64,000 nt of DNA from Cyanophora paradoxa CCMP329 (lineage: Eukaryota > Plantae > Glaucophyta). The position numbers and the translations under genes were made by a program. The notes under the pieces are model-generated. The model was not told the origin of the DNA. It worked only from the letters and a program-made list of their open reading frames with translations, and did no database searches. Where the stretch lies: the NCBI GenBank assembly GCA_004431415.1, contig QPMI01000472.1, forward strand, positions 221,851 to 285,850. Reading direction: 5' to 3'. Position 1 is the stretch's first letter. The number at the start of each line of letters is the position of its first letter. Of the stretch, positions 10,388 through 23,500 are shown in pieces.

Positions 10388-10803
10388 GGTGTGACACCTA
10401 TTTAATTGACTGTGACGCCTGTGACAGGTGTGACACCTATTTTCAAACTTTTTAAATTTTTCAAAAATGACAGACTTTTGAAAACACCTGTCACACCTGT
10501 CACACCCGTCACACCAAATTAACAAAAGACTCTATTTATTACTGAGATTGTCAAGAATTTATTGTTGTCTTACTGAAAACAGTCTTTGTGACAGGTGTGA
10601 CACCTTCAAAATCCACCCAACAATAGTCGATTTCATGAATACTTTTCTGTCTTACTGAAAATGGTAAGGAGATCGGGTGTGACAGATAGTTTAATTGAGT
10701 GTGACAGGTGTGACAGGTGTGACACCTATTTTCAAACTTTTTAAATTTTTCAAAAATGACAGACTTTTGAAAACACCTGTCACACCTGTCACACCTGTCA
10801 CAG
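10388..10803. repeat. Duplicated TGTGACAGG / CCTGTCACA inverted arrays
   Basis: A ~100-bp block repeated at ~10420 and ~10710, each with direct 9-mers facing inverted 9-mers. Confidence 0.85.
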
Positions 10804-11287
10804 ACATTCTACCCCTCTTACTGACTTTCTCAAAAACAAATATATCTCTTACTGAATATCATTTGAATACTACCTGTCACACTTGAATTCATTTATTATG
10901 TTTTATAGAACATATGGAATCTAATCGATTGTTCAATTGGAGACCATGCAACTCTGTGACACTTTTTGCGTTTTTCGATACAGAATGGGCGGTGGTCTAC
11001 TTCAATACATGAGAGATATATCGAGTTTATGCGAATTTATGCGAATTAATCGCGATTATATCGTTCTTTAAGTAGTTTAATGTTAATCTATCGCAGATTT
11101 GTATGTAAACAACAAAGTACATAATCAATCGATAAAAGATCAATTGAATCTATCGAAGTTTAATCGAAAATATGCATTTTGGTAAACGCGTTTTCATTTT
11201 TAATACAAAGTTTGCATTATTTTATACAAAGTTTGCATAAAAAGTTAAAGAAATTAATCGAAAAATATGTATTTTAGTATTAAATTA

Positions 11288-11372
11288 ACACATATTGAAA
11301 AACGAATTTAAATCCAGGAGCGAAGCGCGAAGCGCGAAGCGGAGGGATTTAAATTCGTTTTTCAATATGTGT
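11288..11372. repeat. Terminal hairpin of copy C: perfect 28-bp stem with (GCGAAGC)3 in the loop
   Basis: ACACATATTGAAAAACGAATTTAAATCC (11288-11315) and its exact complement (11345-11372). Confidence 0.93.
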
Positions 11373-12086
11373 CGCAAGCTCCGCTCCACGCCGCTCGACG
11401 TCATCGCCAACGCGGCGAGCCTCGGCGGGGCCGCCATGGGCGCGGCCGGGCAGGCCCTCCTATGGCGGCCCTCCTCGCCTACCTCTTCGCCAAGCGCTTC
11501 CTGAGAGTGCGCCCGGCCCTGCAAACCTCAGCGTTTACCGTAGCCGATGGACTCGCAGCGCAAGTTCGGGATCAGGGCGGACGAGACTGGCGACGACGTC
11601 CTTGCCGGCGGAGAGGCGCAGGCCGCGGAGCTCTTCCCCCGCGGCCCGCGCGAGCCCGCGCCCGCGCGAGAGCCCGCGCCCGCCGCCGTGCAGCGGCCCC
11701 CCAACGTCAGCGCCGCGGGGCCCCGGAGGCCCCCCAACGTCAGCACCGCGGGGCCCCGGAGGCCCCCCAACGTCAGCGCGGCGGGGTCCCGGGGGCCCGC
11801 CGACGTCAGCGCGGCGGTGCCCCAGAAGCCCGTGCACCTCTGGGGCATGGGCCTCGACGCGGGCGATGCCAAACCCAACGGGGGGCAACCGAAGCCGGGG
11901 CCGGCGAGACGCGAGTCGGTCTTCAGGTCGGCCCTGGCCCTGCCCCCCAGCCGGTACCGGTACCTAGGCCTACCGGTGCCCTCGACGAGCGAGGAAGGCA
12001 GCAGCGCGGACGGCGCCCCGGACGCCGCCGCCGGCCGCCGGCGGCAGGTCGCGAGCCTCAACGACATGCAAGCCGTCTACCTGTGA
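11373..12086 (+). CDS. 3' part of a host membrane-protein gene interrupted by copy C
   Basis: GC-rich reading frame from the junction (RKLRSTPLDVIANAASLGG..., hydrophobic LLAYLF), probable short GT-AG intron ~11507-11543, last exon ends LNDMQAVYL*. Confidence 0.5.
11693..11818 (+). repeat. 33-bp coding minisatellite (RPPNVSAAGPR, about 4 copies)
   Basis: GGCCCCCCAACGTCAGC repeated every 33 bp. Confidence 0.8.
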
Positions 12087-12919
12087 TTCGCTTCCCACGC
12101 CCCTCCCCGCGACCCATGACGTTCCTTCTGCTCTCTCTCATTATTAGCATGTATAAATTTCGCCCCTGCCCCTCTTACCGAAACCCTTATATTTATGTCC
12201 TCTATGAACTAGCTTGATTGTATAATTTGAGAGATATAAGAGAGAAGAAGAGGGAGAGTCTGAGACAGAGGAGAGAGAGGAAGGGGTTGCGACAGGCATG
12301 CTGCGCTGGAGAAGCGTTGCAATTGGGTGTCAATGGGGTGTGGGATAGTGGGATGGGTGTCAACGACGGCGAACGAGCTAGGGCGGCGGTAGCTATCATC
12401 GTATACGTATAGGCGTTGATTCTCAGTACGTATACCGGCCGCGGGGTATCAAATTACTATCAATGCATGTGCGAGGTCCACTTTTGCAAAACGCCTCCGA
12501 CGAGGTGCGCCGTACCCCTTCTTTTTTCCGCCGCGCCAGCCTGGCAGCGTGAACCCTTCGCAGTACCCCTTCCGGCCCGACTCGACGGGCGCTGCGCCCT
12601 CGTCGCGGGGGCGGTACGGGCGCTGGGGCAGCCCCCCGCGAAGCTTCCCCGTCTACCGCATTCTCGGTTTTTCGTTTTTCATTCGCAAATTTAAAAGAGA
12701 ACTGAGCAGCAAGAATATGAGTATTGAATGCTTTCGGGCTCCCTCCGAAAAGACTGGACAGCAAAAAATGAGATGCGCAAGCATTACTGCACATGCAACA
12801 GCTACGCTGTTGTTTTGATCCGATGATCGCAAAAATGCCGAACTTCTATCTAGACCTGCGACACTGCACATGCAACAGCTATGCTCTATAACTATATGCC
12901 AATCGCAACTATATGCCAA

Positions 12920-14240
12920 CTATTGGACGACATGAGAGAGATCTGACCGACGGTCAGACGGGTCGTCCCCAGGATCTGGGGGACCCAGATGGGAGAGAAG
13001 GGGCGCGGGTCGAGAAGGAGGAAGCGGGGGCCCGCTGGAGGGGGCGGAACCGGCGCCGACCCCGGCGCTGTTGCTTGAGTAGCTCGCGGCGCGGAGGCCG
13101 ATGCTTGGCACCGACAGGGCGGAGCTGGGCGAAGGGGCTGACAGGGAAGCCGGCAGCGGGACAAGGCTGTACCGGCGCGCCAGCGCCGCGGTCGGTGCCG
13201 GCGGAGGTTCCAGCAGGGCGGCCGTGGCCGCGGGTTGCGCCAGGAGGCTGTGCCTCCGGGCGCCCGCCGGCCTTTTCGCACCTAGCGACGGCGACGGCGC
13301 TAGGCTGCCCCGCCTGGAGCGTGCGCGCAGGTCCGGCGTGGATGCCAGTGGCTGTACATGTGTGGCACTGGGCAGTTTCTGCACGGTCACGCCGACGGTC
13401 GCGGACATCGACCGCGGCGGGACATCGATATCGATCGTGGACGTCGGAGGCGGCAACTGCAGATCCAGAAAGCTCGCCCTGCGCGCGGCGGCGGCGGCGA
13501 GCGCTGGCGCTGACGGCGACGCCGGAGGCTGCACGCTGGACCGGCGCGAGGGCGCGGCCGTCGTGGCTTCGGCTTCGTTCGCAGGAGGCGACGGCCGCGG
13601 TGCCGCCAGCTGCAGGAGGCTGTTCCTGCGCGCGGCGGCCGCCGGCGACATGGCCGCGTTCAGAGCCGTGAAGCGCGAATCGCGGAGGCCGAGGTGGCTG
13701 AAGCTGTAGGAAAAGGCGGGGCCGGACGTGTGGTGAATGAGCGGGAGAGAGCTCGAGCGGCCGCGCCGGAACTCCGGCTCTGGTTTCGCGGGTTCCGGCA
13801 TTGGCGGGTGCCCGCTCAGCTCGATCACGGAGGCCACCCGCGCCCGCCGCAGCGGCGGCGGCGGCGGCGGCTGCGTCGGCAGGGGCGCCGAAGTTGAGGG
13901 TTCGAGAACGTCGCCGCTGGGCTCAGCGGCGGAATTCGAGGCCGAACTCGCAGGCGCTGACGGCGGCGGATCCGGAGCTGGCGGGTCCGGGCTGGGGGCG
14001 GGAGGATCCAGGGCTGCAGATGGTGGGGCGGCGTCGCCGCCTCGACCCGCGCTCCCGATGCTGCTCGTGCTCGCGGGCCACTTGAGTTCCAGGACCGATG
14101 CCGGCGCCGGCGCCGGCTGCGGCGGGTCCGAGGGAGACGGGCTCGGGAGGGTGTTCAGGGCGGGGGCCCGCGCGCCCTTCCCGCGGACCCTCTCGAACAT
14201 CGCGGCGCGCATCTGCGCGCACGACTCGCATCGAACTCGA
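12920..14240 (-). CDS. Host Pro/Ser/Ala-rich low-complexity protein with repeated RRxS motifs
   Basis: Long ORF with RRNSL, RRSSV, RRASF, RRGSL, RRHSL, RRYSL; 5' exon structure uncertain. Confidence 0.5.
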
Positions 14241-14569
14241 CACCACAAAAGCTTCGCGGGGCTTCGGTTACCTGGGCGACCCGCCGCGCCGCGAAATACG
14301 CGAGGACGATCTGCCCGCCGGCCGCCAGGGCCGTGCCGATCAGCGAGGCAAGGTCGGCGGCCGTGTCCAGGTAGCTCGCGCGAATGACGCGGGAAACCTG
14401 CGTGCCAGTGCGCGCTCGGTTCGCTCGCAAACAGAATTAATAATGGTACAATTATAGTCAATGTACTTGCTATAACTTTGATAATGGAATAGACTATTTG
14501 CATTTAGAAAACTTTAAATTAGTAAATGAAGATATTATTAGATATGATGTTAACTGAGACTTCTCAAAT

Positions 14570-17500
14570 TTAAAGCCGCTCACGAGGAGGTAGACTTCGT
14601 TGACCGCCAGCTCCGCGCGGAAGCCGACGGACTCCACAGAGGCGCACGACGGGTCGCTCAGCTGCCGCGTGAGCGAGCAGAGGCCCTGCGTGTGTGGCGA
14701 CCTCACTGAGTCAGACAAAGGCACGCGAGGAAATGAAAGCTTTGAGCCGCGCACGAAGGAGGTCTCGTCGAGCTCGGCGTCGCGGTTGCTCGCCTGCCGC
14801 AGCGCCGCGTCATACTGCGGGACGCCGTCCGCCGCGTGCTCGAAGTGGACGGGCGTGAGGAGGACGGGCACGGCGACGGGCCGCGCCCCGCGGAAGACCG
14901 TCAGCTGCTTCAGCTTCTCGTCCCTCGTGGACGTCGTCACCACGCCGCGGATCGACGCGTACTTGGGCACCTGTTTACACAACATTAACGAATTCTCTAA
15001 CGTTGTTTCTCAAATGAAGGAACCTTGACGGAGTAGCGGATGGCGACGGCGAAGGCGAGGCGGGAGACGAGGCGGAAGTCGACGGCGGCGGCGGCGGAGG
15101 CGGTGGACGCGACGCGGCAGGCTTCGCAGCGCCACGTCACCCTGCGGCGCGTCTCTCTAGACAGTCGGGAGGACGAAATCAAAGAAAAGGGCGCACGTGC
15201 AGGTCCGCTCGGAGACGTTGAAGGCGGCGGAGGCGACGCCCGCGGGCGCCTGCGTCTCGTTCACGGGGGAAATGGCGCGCCAGGAGACGACGACGCCCTC
15301 TGCCGTCGCGTTCGTTAAGGCGCCCCTCGAGGCGTTGGCCGCCGCCTGCTCCCGCACGAAGCAGGAGGGGCCCGCTGCCATCGCGCGCTCAGCGAAAACT
15401 TCGGAAAGGAATGGGAAGAAGCGCACCGGACCAGCCTAGGAAGCTGGCGGAGACCTCGACGGGACCCGCAATCGCCGCGGCCGAGGGCGACGTGCCGGAC
15501 AGCAGCGTCTGCACCGTCTCGTAGTTCGCGATCGCCTGCGCCGCGTCGGCAGGGGAAAGGAAAGCGGAATTCGAAGGTTTTCGCGCACGAATTGGAGGAC
15601 GACAAAGGAGGCTGTACATGTGCGCAGGAAATCAGAATTCGAACAATTCAAGAAACGACTGAGCGGAAACGGAGCGACTCGCCTGCGAGGAGGACGAGGC
15701 CCACGCCGATCACTGTCGCGAACGCGCCGGCGACGGATTTCGCGGCCTCAGTCTGCGTGGGCCCGTCCGTAGGTTCGCCCAGCTCCGATACCGGCGTAAC
15801 GTTCCCAAAGGACACAACGCCGACGCTCCCGCGGCGGCCGGTGCGGGCGGCCGGCCCGAGCGGCCCGGAGGGCCCGATCTCGACCACGCTGCTCGCACGG
15901 CGACCGCCGCTTAGCGACGCGACGCTGGCCCTCCGCGAAACGCCTTCGAGCTTCGCCGCGCCGCCCGCGACCAACTGCCGCGCCGCCTCTCTGGCCGCGG
16001 CGCGCTCCGCGAGATCCCTCTTCGCGGCCGCGATGTCGTCCGTGTACAGCACGTCCAGCCGCGAAACCTGCTCGTAATCAGCCCTCCGAACAAAGCGAAA
16101 AGCGAAAGAGCGCCGGCACGCACCTGCTTGCGGCGCTGGAGGCGCCGCGCCCCGCGCGAAGTCGCGCCCACTTTCGGTCGGGTCGGGACCTGCCACGGCA
16201 CTAAGATGGAGAGAGACAAATCGAAGCCCGCGCACCCCGAAGCGGATGTAGCATGCCATGAGGAGGCCGACGAGGAGAACCGCGCCCCCGGCGGCGCCAG
16301 CCACCACCGCGAAGATGCGGTACAGCCGCTGCTTGGCCGCCTCGTCCGTCTTGATCTCCTGCCGGCCCCGGTGTCGCTCTCTCGAAGGAGCATCGCGTGG
16401 GATCCGGATAGCGCACTGCCCGGGTGACATTTGCGCTGTTCGTGTCGTAGACGATGGCTTCGGTGACCAGGTCGACTTCGTCGCTCTCGAGCTCTAGATC
16501 TGCCCGCCGCGCGGCGCCGGCCTCCGCGCGCAGCGATCGCGACCGGCGCCTGCCATTCAAGTCAGAGATCCAAGCGCCATCAGTACGAGGGGAAACGATT
16601 TGCATTAGCACACAATAACAATTACTAGGAGTTTCCCATCGCCCAATTTATCTCTCCGACTAGATAACACTGAGGACCGTCGAGTGCTGTTGTCATCAGT
16701 ACGAGGGCGCGACGGACCGCGATCGCGACGGGGCCTGTGTGGCGATCGCCTGGGCCGCCTGCCCGATCAGGTTCCTGAAGAACGACACGTCGATCGGCTC
16801 CGACGTCGCCTGCGCTTCCGTTGGAACGCGAATCGCTCCAAAAGGACGCAAAAGCGCACCAGCGGGCACAGTTGCGCCTCGCTGCAGTTCCTGCAAGCGG
16901 TCGCGCCGGTTTCCGGCGTGAACGTGCCCGGCGGGCTGCGCAATAGCAGTTTCAGCCGCAGGAAGACCTTTTTAGAAGAGCAGCAGGCACCAGGGCGTGC
17001 AGTAGGCCATTGACGAGTTCCGGAACGTGCCCGGCGCGCAGGCCGTGCAGAACGTCTGAACGTCTGAACGCTTGAGAAAGAAAGAAAGCAAGCAAGAGGG
17101 AAAGCCGCACCACGGAACCGGCCTCACAGGCCGTGCAGCCCGTGGAGCCCTCGGCCGAGACCGAGTTCCGGGGGCACTCCGAGCACTCCTGGGAGCCCGG
17201 CGGCAGCTGGCGCCCCGCGGGGCAGGCAACGCAGCTGGTCCGCGAAGGAGGAGAGAAGAAGCCGGAGGGGCACCGGGAGCAGGCAGCATCTGTCTTGCAG
17301 CGTCAGCCTCCGAAAATGGGCCTCGACATGGATCGGACCTCCCGCGTTGGAGACGTTCAGCGGGCCGCAGAGGGCGCACCGGCCCGCGAGGGGGTAGTAC
17401 CCAGCCTCGCAGTCTGCGAAAGAGCGAATTTGAATTACAGCCGGAGCGAAAGATTAAAGCAGAAGTCACTTTGGCACTCCGCGCGGTCGTCCCTCGGTAC

Positions 17501-20500
17501 CTGGCCGGGCGGGCTGCGGCGCGATCGAATCGACCAAGCAAAATGCAATCAAGCGGAAGTAATGCAAACCAGGGGGCGCAGGCCGCGGATCCTGCCGCTC
17601 TGGCGACGTGCGCGGCTGGGCACGGCTCGCACGTGTCCACGGACGACCTTGCAGGCCTGAAGAACCCCTGCTCACGCACGGGGGCGTCGACTGAAAGAAA
17701 TGCGATGCGGTTACACGCGTGGCGGACGGGGGCGCAGGGGAGGCAGGAGCGGCGGTCTGGCGATGAGGTGAAGCCCTGGTGTCAAACGGTCAGTGCTTTG
17801 GCTCCAGCGAAAGCGGCTCGCGCACCGCTGGGCACTCTGTGCAGTTGAAGGGCGTGCCCTCTCGGGGCGCGAAGCGACTCCTTGGGCACTGCGAAAAGAC
17901 GTTCGCGGCCGCGAAACCGCCTGAAGACTTCGCGATTAACTGGGAAAGTCGCACCGTAACGCACTGCAGGGTCCCTTCGGGCATGAAGGTGCCTGCGAGC
18001 GATGGGGCGTGAGAGGCCGACAAGATCACCACTCACTGCATTCTCCGTCGCACCCGAACCACATCTGCGACAGGTATAAGGAGACGATCGAACGACCTCT
18101 AAGCCTTTAAAGCACTCACGGGATGCATCGCGTCGAGTCGTTCGATGGGTACCACCCTGGTGCGCACTCGAGGCAGCCGCCGGCCGTCGCGGGCGGCGCC
18201 CACGTTCCCTGCTGGCGGTCAGCGCGGCATAATAAAGGGAGCGACAGTGTGCCGAGCACACCGCCTTGCAGGGGAGACACGAGCTCTGCTCGGGCGGTCA
18301 ATTCAAGATGTATGTCGATGAAAAGGGCACGATGGCGGGCCGCCGCACTGTCCCGTCTGCCTGGAACGTGCCGCCGCCGCACTCGACGCACCGTGTCCTT
18401 TGCAAGCGCCCCTCAGTACAAATCAGGAAAAGCTTCGAGGAAGAAATGCACCTGTCCGCGTTGCTGATGTGGCCGGGCGGGCACGCTTCGCAGGAGTCGG
18501 AGCCCGCGGCGCTGAAGAAGCCGTCCGGGCAGGGCGCCGCGGCCGACGGCGGCACGCAGTAGAACCCGGCCCGGCACAGCTCGCACGACGTCCCTTTCCG
18601 CGCCTCCGTCCCCGGCGCACTGCGAAAGAGCGGGCGTGAACAAATGCACAGCGGCACGCGAGAACTAGCGCACCACGGCGTGCAGGCGGCAGCCCCTTCC
18701 TTCGAGACGTATCCGGCGAGGCACTGCGGTCGGCGGTCAGTGGCAGTGCAAACAGCGTTCGTCGAGGCTTGCACCTCGGAGCACGAAGACATGTTCGCAG
18801 AGCGGAAGGTCCCCGCCCGGCACGGCCTGCGCATACGCGGCTCGGGGCGCGAAAAGGCGGTTGGAACCAGAGCGCACGAGCAGCCCTGGCCGTCGGGGTC
18901 CACCACCGTCCCCGGCTCGCTGCTCGCTGCGGTCAGCGGCGCGGCGGAATGGGCCGGCGCCGTTCGGGCCGCACCACTCGAGGCACGCGGTGCGGCCCGG
19001 AACGGGCGAGAAAGTGTTGCCGACGCAGGCTTTGCACTCGTCCTCCACCTCGACTGTGCCTGCACGGCGCCGTGAGACGAACGCCTTGAGCTGTTCCGTC
19101 TCGAATTCCGCACCAGGCTCACACGGCTCGCACGCCGTTCTTTCGAGGTCCGGAACGGTCCCTGGCTCGCAGACAGTGTAGTTGCGGGATCCAGGGAGCG
19201 CGATGGCGCCGCGCGGCGCCTGGGCGCACGCCGCCATCGGCTCGTGCCTGTAAAAGCCCGCAAGGCAGGCTGCGCGAGCTTCAGCTGCGCTAACGACAGA
19301 GCCAATGAGTGGGCGCACGGCTGCACTCCTGGCCGTCCACGGAAACGAAGCCCTCCTTGCACAGATTGCAGGCGGTGCTGCCCGGGAGCGGCGCGACGCT
19401 GTTCACGCCGCACACAAGGCAAGTCTCGTTCGCCTGGTAGCTTCCTGCGCGCCCGCAGTCAGAAAAGCGCGCGAGCAAAACGGAAGCAAAAAAAAAAAGA
19501 AATACCGGGACCGCACGCGACGCACTCTGACTTGGGCCCGTTCGGGACAGTGCCGTCCTCGCAGACTTCGTACGTCGGGCTGCCAGCCAGCGCAACGGCG
19601 CCGGGCGGGACGGGGATGCAGTCCGACGCATTTTCCGGACGGTACAAGCCGGTGCCGCACGGGACGCACTTCTGCTGGTCAGCCGCTGCGACGCTGCCGG
19701 GCGGACACGCCTCGCAGGCGGTGGCTTTGTCCGCAGAGGAGATGTGGTTGTGCGGGCACCTGCAGGATTGCGTGCACGTGTGAGAGCCGGCACGAACAGA
19801 GGCATAGCAGCAGGACTCACGTCTCGCAGAAGCCGTCGTTCTCGTAGCCGCCCTTCAGACAAGGCGCGCAAGCCGCTTTGGGGCCGTCGGGCACCGTGCC
19901 GGGGAGGCAGAAGGTCGGCTCCGCCTGCCCGGGACCCGAGACGCTCTTGGGGGGGACGGGCTCGCATCCCGTCATGTTCACGGAGCGATAGCTGCCCGGC
20001 AGGCAGGGGAAGCAGTTCTGCGCGTAAACACCGTGGCACCTTCAGACGGAGATTAAGGAGAGCTCAAGGATTCAAAGACCTGCGAGCTCGCGTCCGCCAC
20101 CTGCCCGGGCAAGCACGCCGTGCAGCTCGCACTCCCAGCAGACGGGGCCACGTGATTCAGCGGGCACCTGCGCGCCAGCGGTCACGGGCGATCAAAAAAG
20201 CAAGGGGCAGGAGAAAATGCCTGCTGCACGTTGTTACATTGCTCTTGAAGCTCCCTGTCAGTCGTTTTCAGCGGGCGATGAGATTGAAGGGCGCTGCAAA
20301 GAGAGGCTCACCTTTCGGACAGGGCACGCAAACGTAAGACGAGCTGAAGACGTTTGGTATGCTGCCGGGGCCGCAGGCGGTATAGCCCGCGGAGGCGGCG
20401 GGGGCCATTGCGCCCTCGGCAACGCGCTCGCAGGTTGCCATCGCCGCCGACCGGTACTGGCCTGCGGGTTTTTCCGTCTCAGCACTGGAGCGATGCTTAA

Positions 20501-23500
20501 GCTTCTGCGCTCGCACCGCTGGGGCACGGGAAGCACGACTGCGAGTCCGGCGCGCTGACGTAGCCTGGAACGCAGCCCGTGCACGAGGCCAGGCCCTCCG
20601 TCGGTGCGAACGTGTTGAGGGGGCACCTGTGCCGATGGTTGTGCTCAGCTACGCGCCGAGGGTTCGGAGAACGGCGCACCTCTGGCAATCGCCGCCCACC
20701 GAGAAAAGTCCTTTCGGGCAGCGCATGCATCTGTGCGAGAGATTTAGATTTAGCGAGCGCTGCGCAGCGGAACAAAAGGGCGCACTCGCTCCGCTCAACG
20801 TTGGGAACCGTGCCGTTCTTGCAGACGGCGCTCGCGTTCGAGGCGGCTGGCGCAACGCTAACTGCGTCGGCCACCGGTACGCAGACCGAGCCGCCGGCCG
20901 CGCGGAACGTGCCTGCAGCGGCGCGTGAGACGAAGACATTCAAAAAAAGCGCCGCAATCAGCAACGCACCCGGCCCGCAGGCGAAGCACAGGCGCCGGTC
21001 ATCGGAGGAGAACATGCCCGGGGGGCACGCCGTGCAGTTTCTCGCTCCGGCAGTCGACACGGCATTCAGCGGGCAGCTGGCGCAGACGCCCGGGAGCGCC
21101 TCGTACGAACCCGCCGGGCACTGCGCGGAACTCAGCAAAGGCAAGCAAAAGGAAAGCGCCGCTGCCCACCGGCGTGCACTGCAGCCGGTCGGGGCCGGAT
21201 ACGAAGCCCGGACCGCAAGCGATCGGACTGCCCAAGCCGGAGGGGCACATCGTGTCGATCGGACACAAGCTGCACTTGTTCGTCCCGTTGACTACGTAGA
21301 ACCCGGCGGGACACCCCTGGCACCCGTCCTGCTGTGGTGCAGTGATCTGACCCTGAGAAGAAAGATTCAGCCCGCAGATGGTCGAACATCAGCGATGCCG
21401 CGGTGCGAACGGCGGGACAGCTGAGACAGCTTCCATTGCGGCCGGCCGGGCTCCAAGTCCCTTTGCGAGGAGACCAGTAAGGAATGATGCCCCTCCGAAG
21501 CAGCGCAGCGCACCAGGCGGGCAGTCGAGGCACGTGATGTTGCCTTTTGGCAGGAACTGCCCGGCGGCGCACGGCTCGCAGTCGGTCTGACCCGCGTTTG
21601 GAACGTAGCCGGGCGGACCTGCGGTAGCGCTTCGTTAGCGGAGCTGCACGTCGACAACTTTTGCAGCCGACGGACATTTTTCGCAGCGGGTTGCGCCCGC
21701 CGGAGACCACTCGCCGGGGTGGCAGTCGAAGCAGCTCTTGATGTAAGAAAAGTAGGGATTCGTCACGAGGTAGGACCCCGCCGGGCTGCGCGCGCGCGGC
21801 GGGTCGAGGGCGACATTGGCGGCGAAGATTCCATGCACGTTCATGCGCACCACTCGCGGCAGTCGCCCGTCGTGCCCAAATTGAGCGTGAGGCGGTTCGC
21901 GGGGCACGGCGTGCATGGCTGCCCCGGGAAAATCGAAGAGGTCTGCAGCGGGCACTCTGGCGCGGCGCCAGTGAGCTAGCTGCTGCAGGCCGTCGAGCAA
22001 CGGCGCAGCGCACCGTAGCACGACAAGGAGCCGTTGTTGGACCACATGCTGCGAACCGTCTGAGAGATTGTCGCACGAATGGATGGCAAGTCTTACCCCC
22101 AGGGGCACGGGGAGCAGGCCGTGCTCCCGGCCTTACTGTACGTGCCCGCCGCGCACAGCGGCGCGTCCGCATCCAGCAGCATCCCCGCCGCCGGCGAGTA
22201 CCGGCCTTCAAAAACCGCACTCAGCTGCGTGCTGGAGCAAACAAAGAGCGGGCGCACCCGCCGGAAGGGGCCTGCACAGGTCCGCGGTCGCGATCGACTG
22301 GTTGAAGAGGGCGGCCTCCCAGTTCCAGCGCGTCCCCGCAGCGCACCGCGTGTGCATCTTCACGAACGTCGGCCTGCGACAGCTCTTACAGACTTCAGAA
22401 GAATGAGACTGGAGCGGAGCGGACGGCTCGGAGACGACGAAGACGACGACGGGCGACTCAGCGGAGGGCATCGTCGGGTCGGTCTCGTTCCCGTAGCCAA
22501 AGACGCGATTCGACGTGAAGTCATCGAGGACGTGCACGCTCAGCACGTTCGCTGCTCGCGTCAACGAAAGGGCGCAGAAGGAGAGGGGCGGTGAGAAGCA
22601 CCCGGGAAGGCGGCCGTGACGACGGTCGGGGACGCCCGCGCGAATCCGTCCGAGTCGACGCCCGCGAAGCGCAGCAGCTGTGACGTCGGCGCACGCTCGT
22701 TCTCCCGGGCCAGCCGCTTGCGCTCGACGAGGCGCGGCCGCGGGCTGTCGGCGGACGCAAACGCAAAGGCGCGAGTGGTGGACGGCTCGTGCGCCTCGCG
22801 GACGACGAAGAGCGACCCGTCCTTGTACACTGCCGCCGCCACCTGCGCGCCGTTAACCAAGCGCCGATTCGCGACGCACGGCCAGCGCACGGAGGTCCAG
22901 GAGGCCAGGGTGCCCCTCGCCCCGTACGAGAGCGTGGCGTCGACGTCGCCCGCCATTCCGCTCTGGTACGAGTTGCGCTTCCTGCGCGGAAGACGATTAC
23001 TGCTGCAATCTTAGGCGATGCAAGGACCGCACCGTATCCGGAAAATCTTATCGCCAGTGACGTAGAACGCGAATCTACCGCCGGGTGGGTCGACGAAGCG
23101 ACCCTCCAGGTACTGAGACGAGGAGCGTGAGCGCGCGGAGCAAAACGTTAACTTCGGAAGCCCGCGCACGCCGTTGCCCGGGCCGCCGTTCAGGGGCCGC
23201 TCGTTCATCACGATCCACGAGTCGGAGAGCGGGACGCTGTCGGTGCGGAGCACGCGCGGCGGGCCGTGCAGCACAACGCCCGTGCGGTATGTGCCGACGA
23301 CGGGCGTGCCCGACTTGAAGGCCCGCGCAGGGGCGGCCCGCGTTTCGAAGGCCGACGCGTTGACGGCCCTGTGGAAAATCGGATAGAGCGTGGGCCGAAT
23401 TAGAGGCTCGAAATGTATCCGGAAAGACAGAATCATAAACCTCAAAGTAAAATCTTAGAAGAGGCGAGCGCACCAGGAGAGCATGGCCGTCACGTAAGAG

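Larger units (their letters stand above)
8064..11372 (-). mobile_element. Copy C: terminal part of a diverged related element, inverted relative to copy B and interrupted by copy A
   Basis: Same gene order as 30550->28457 of copy B but a different subterminal sequence; ends in ATGTGT at 11372, then GC-rich host DNA. Confidence 0.88.

Noticed and set aside
10388-10803. TGTGACAGG arrays with variable spacers as a CRISPR array
   Set aside because: 9-bp units in inverted pairs, duplicated spacers, no regular repeat-spacer period, no cas genes, eukaryotic context.
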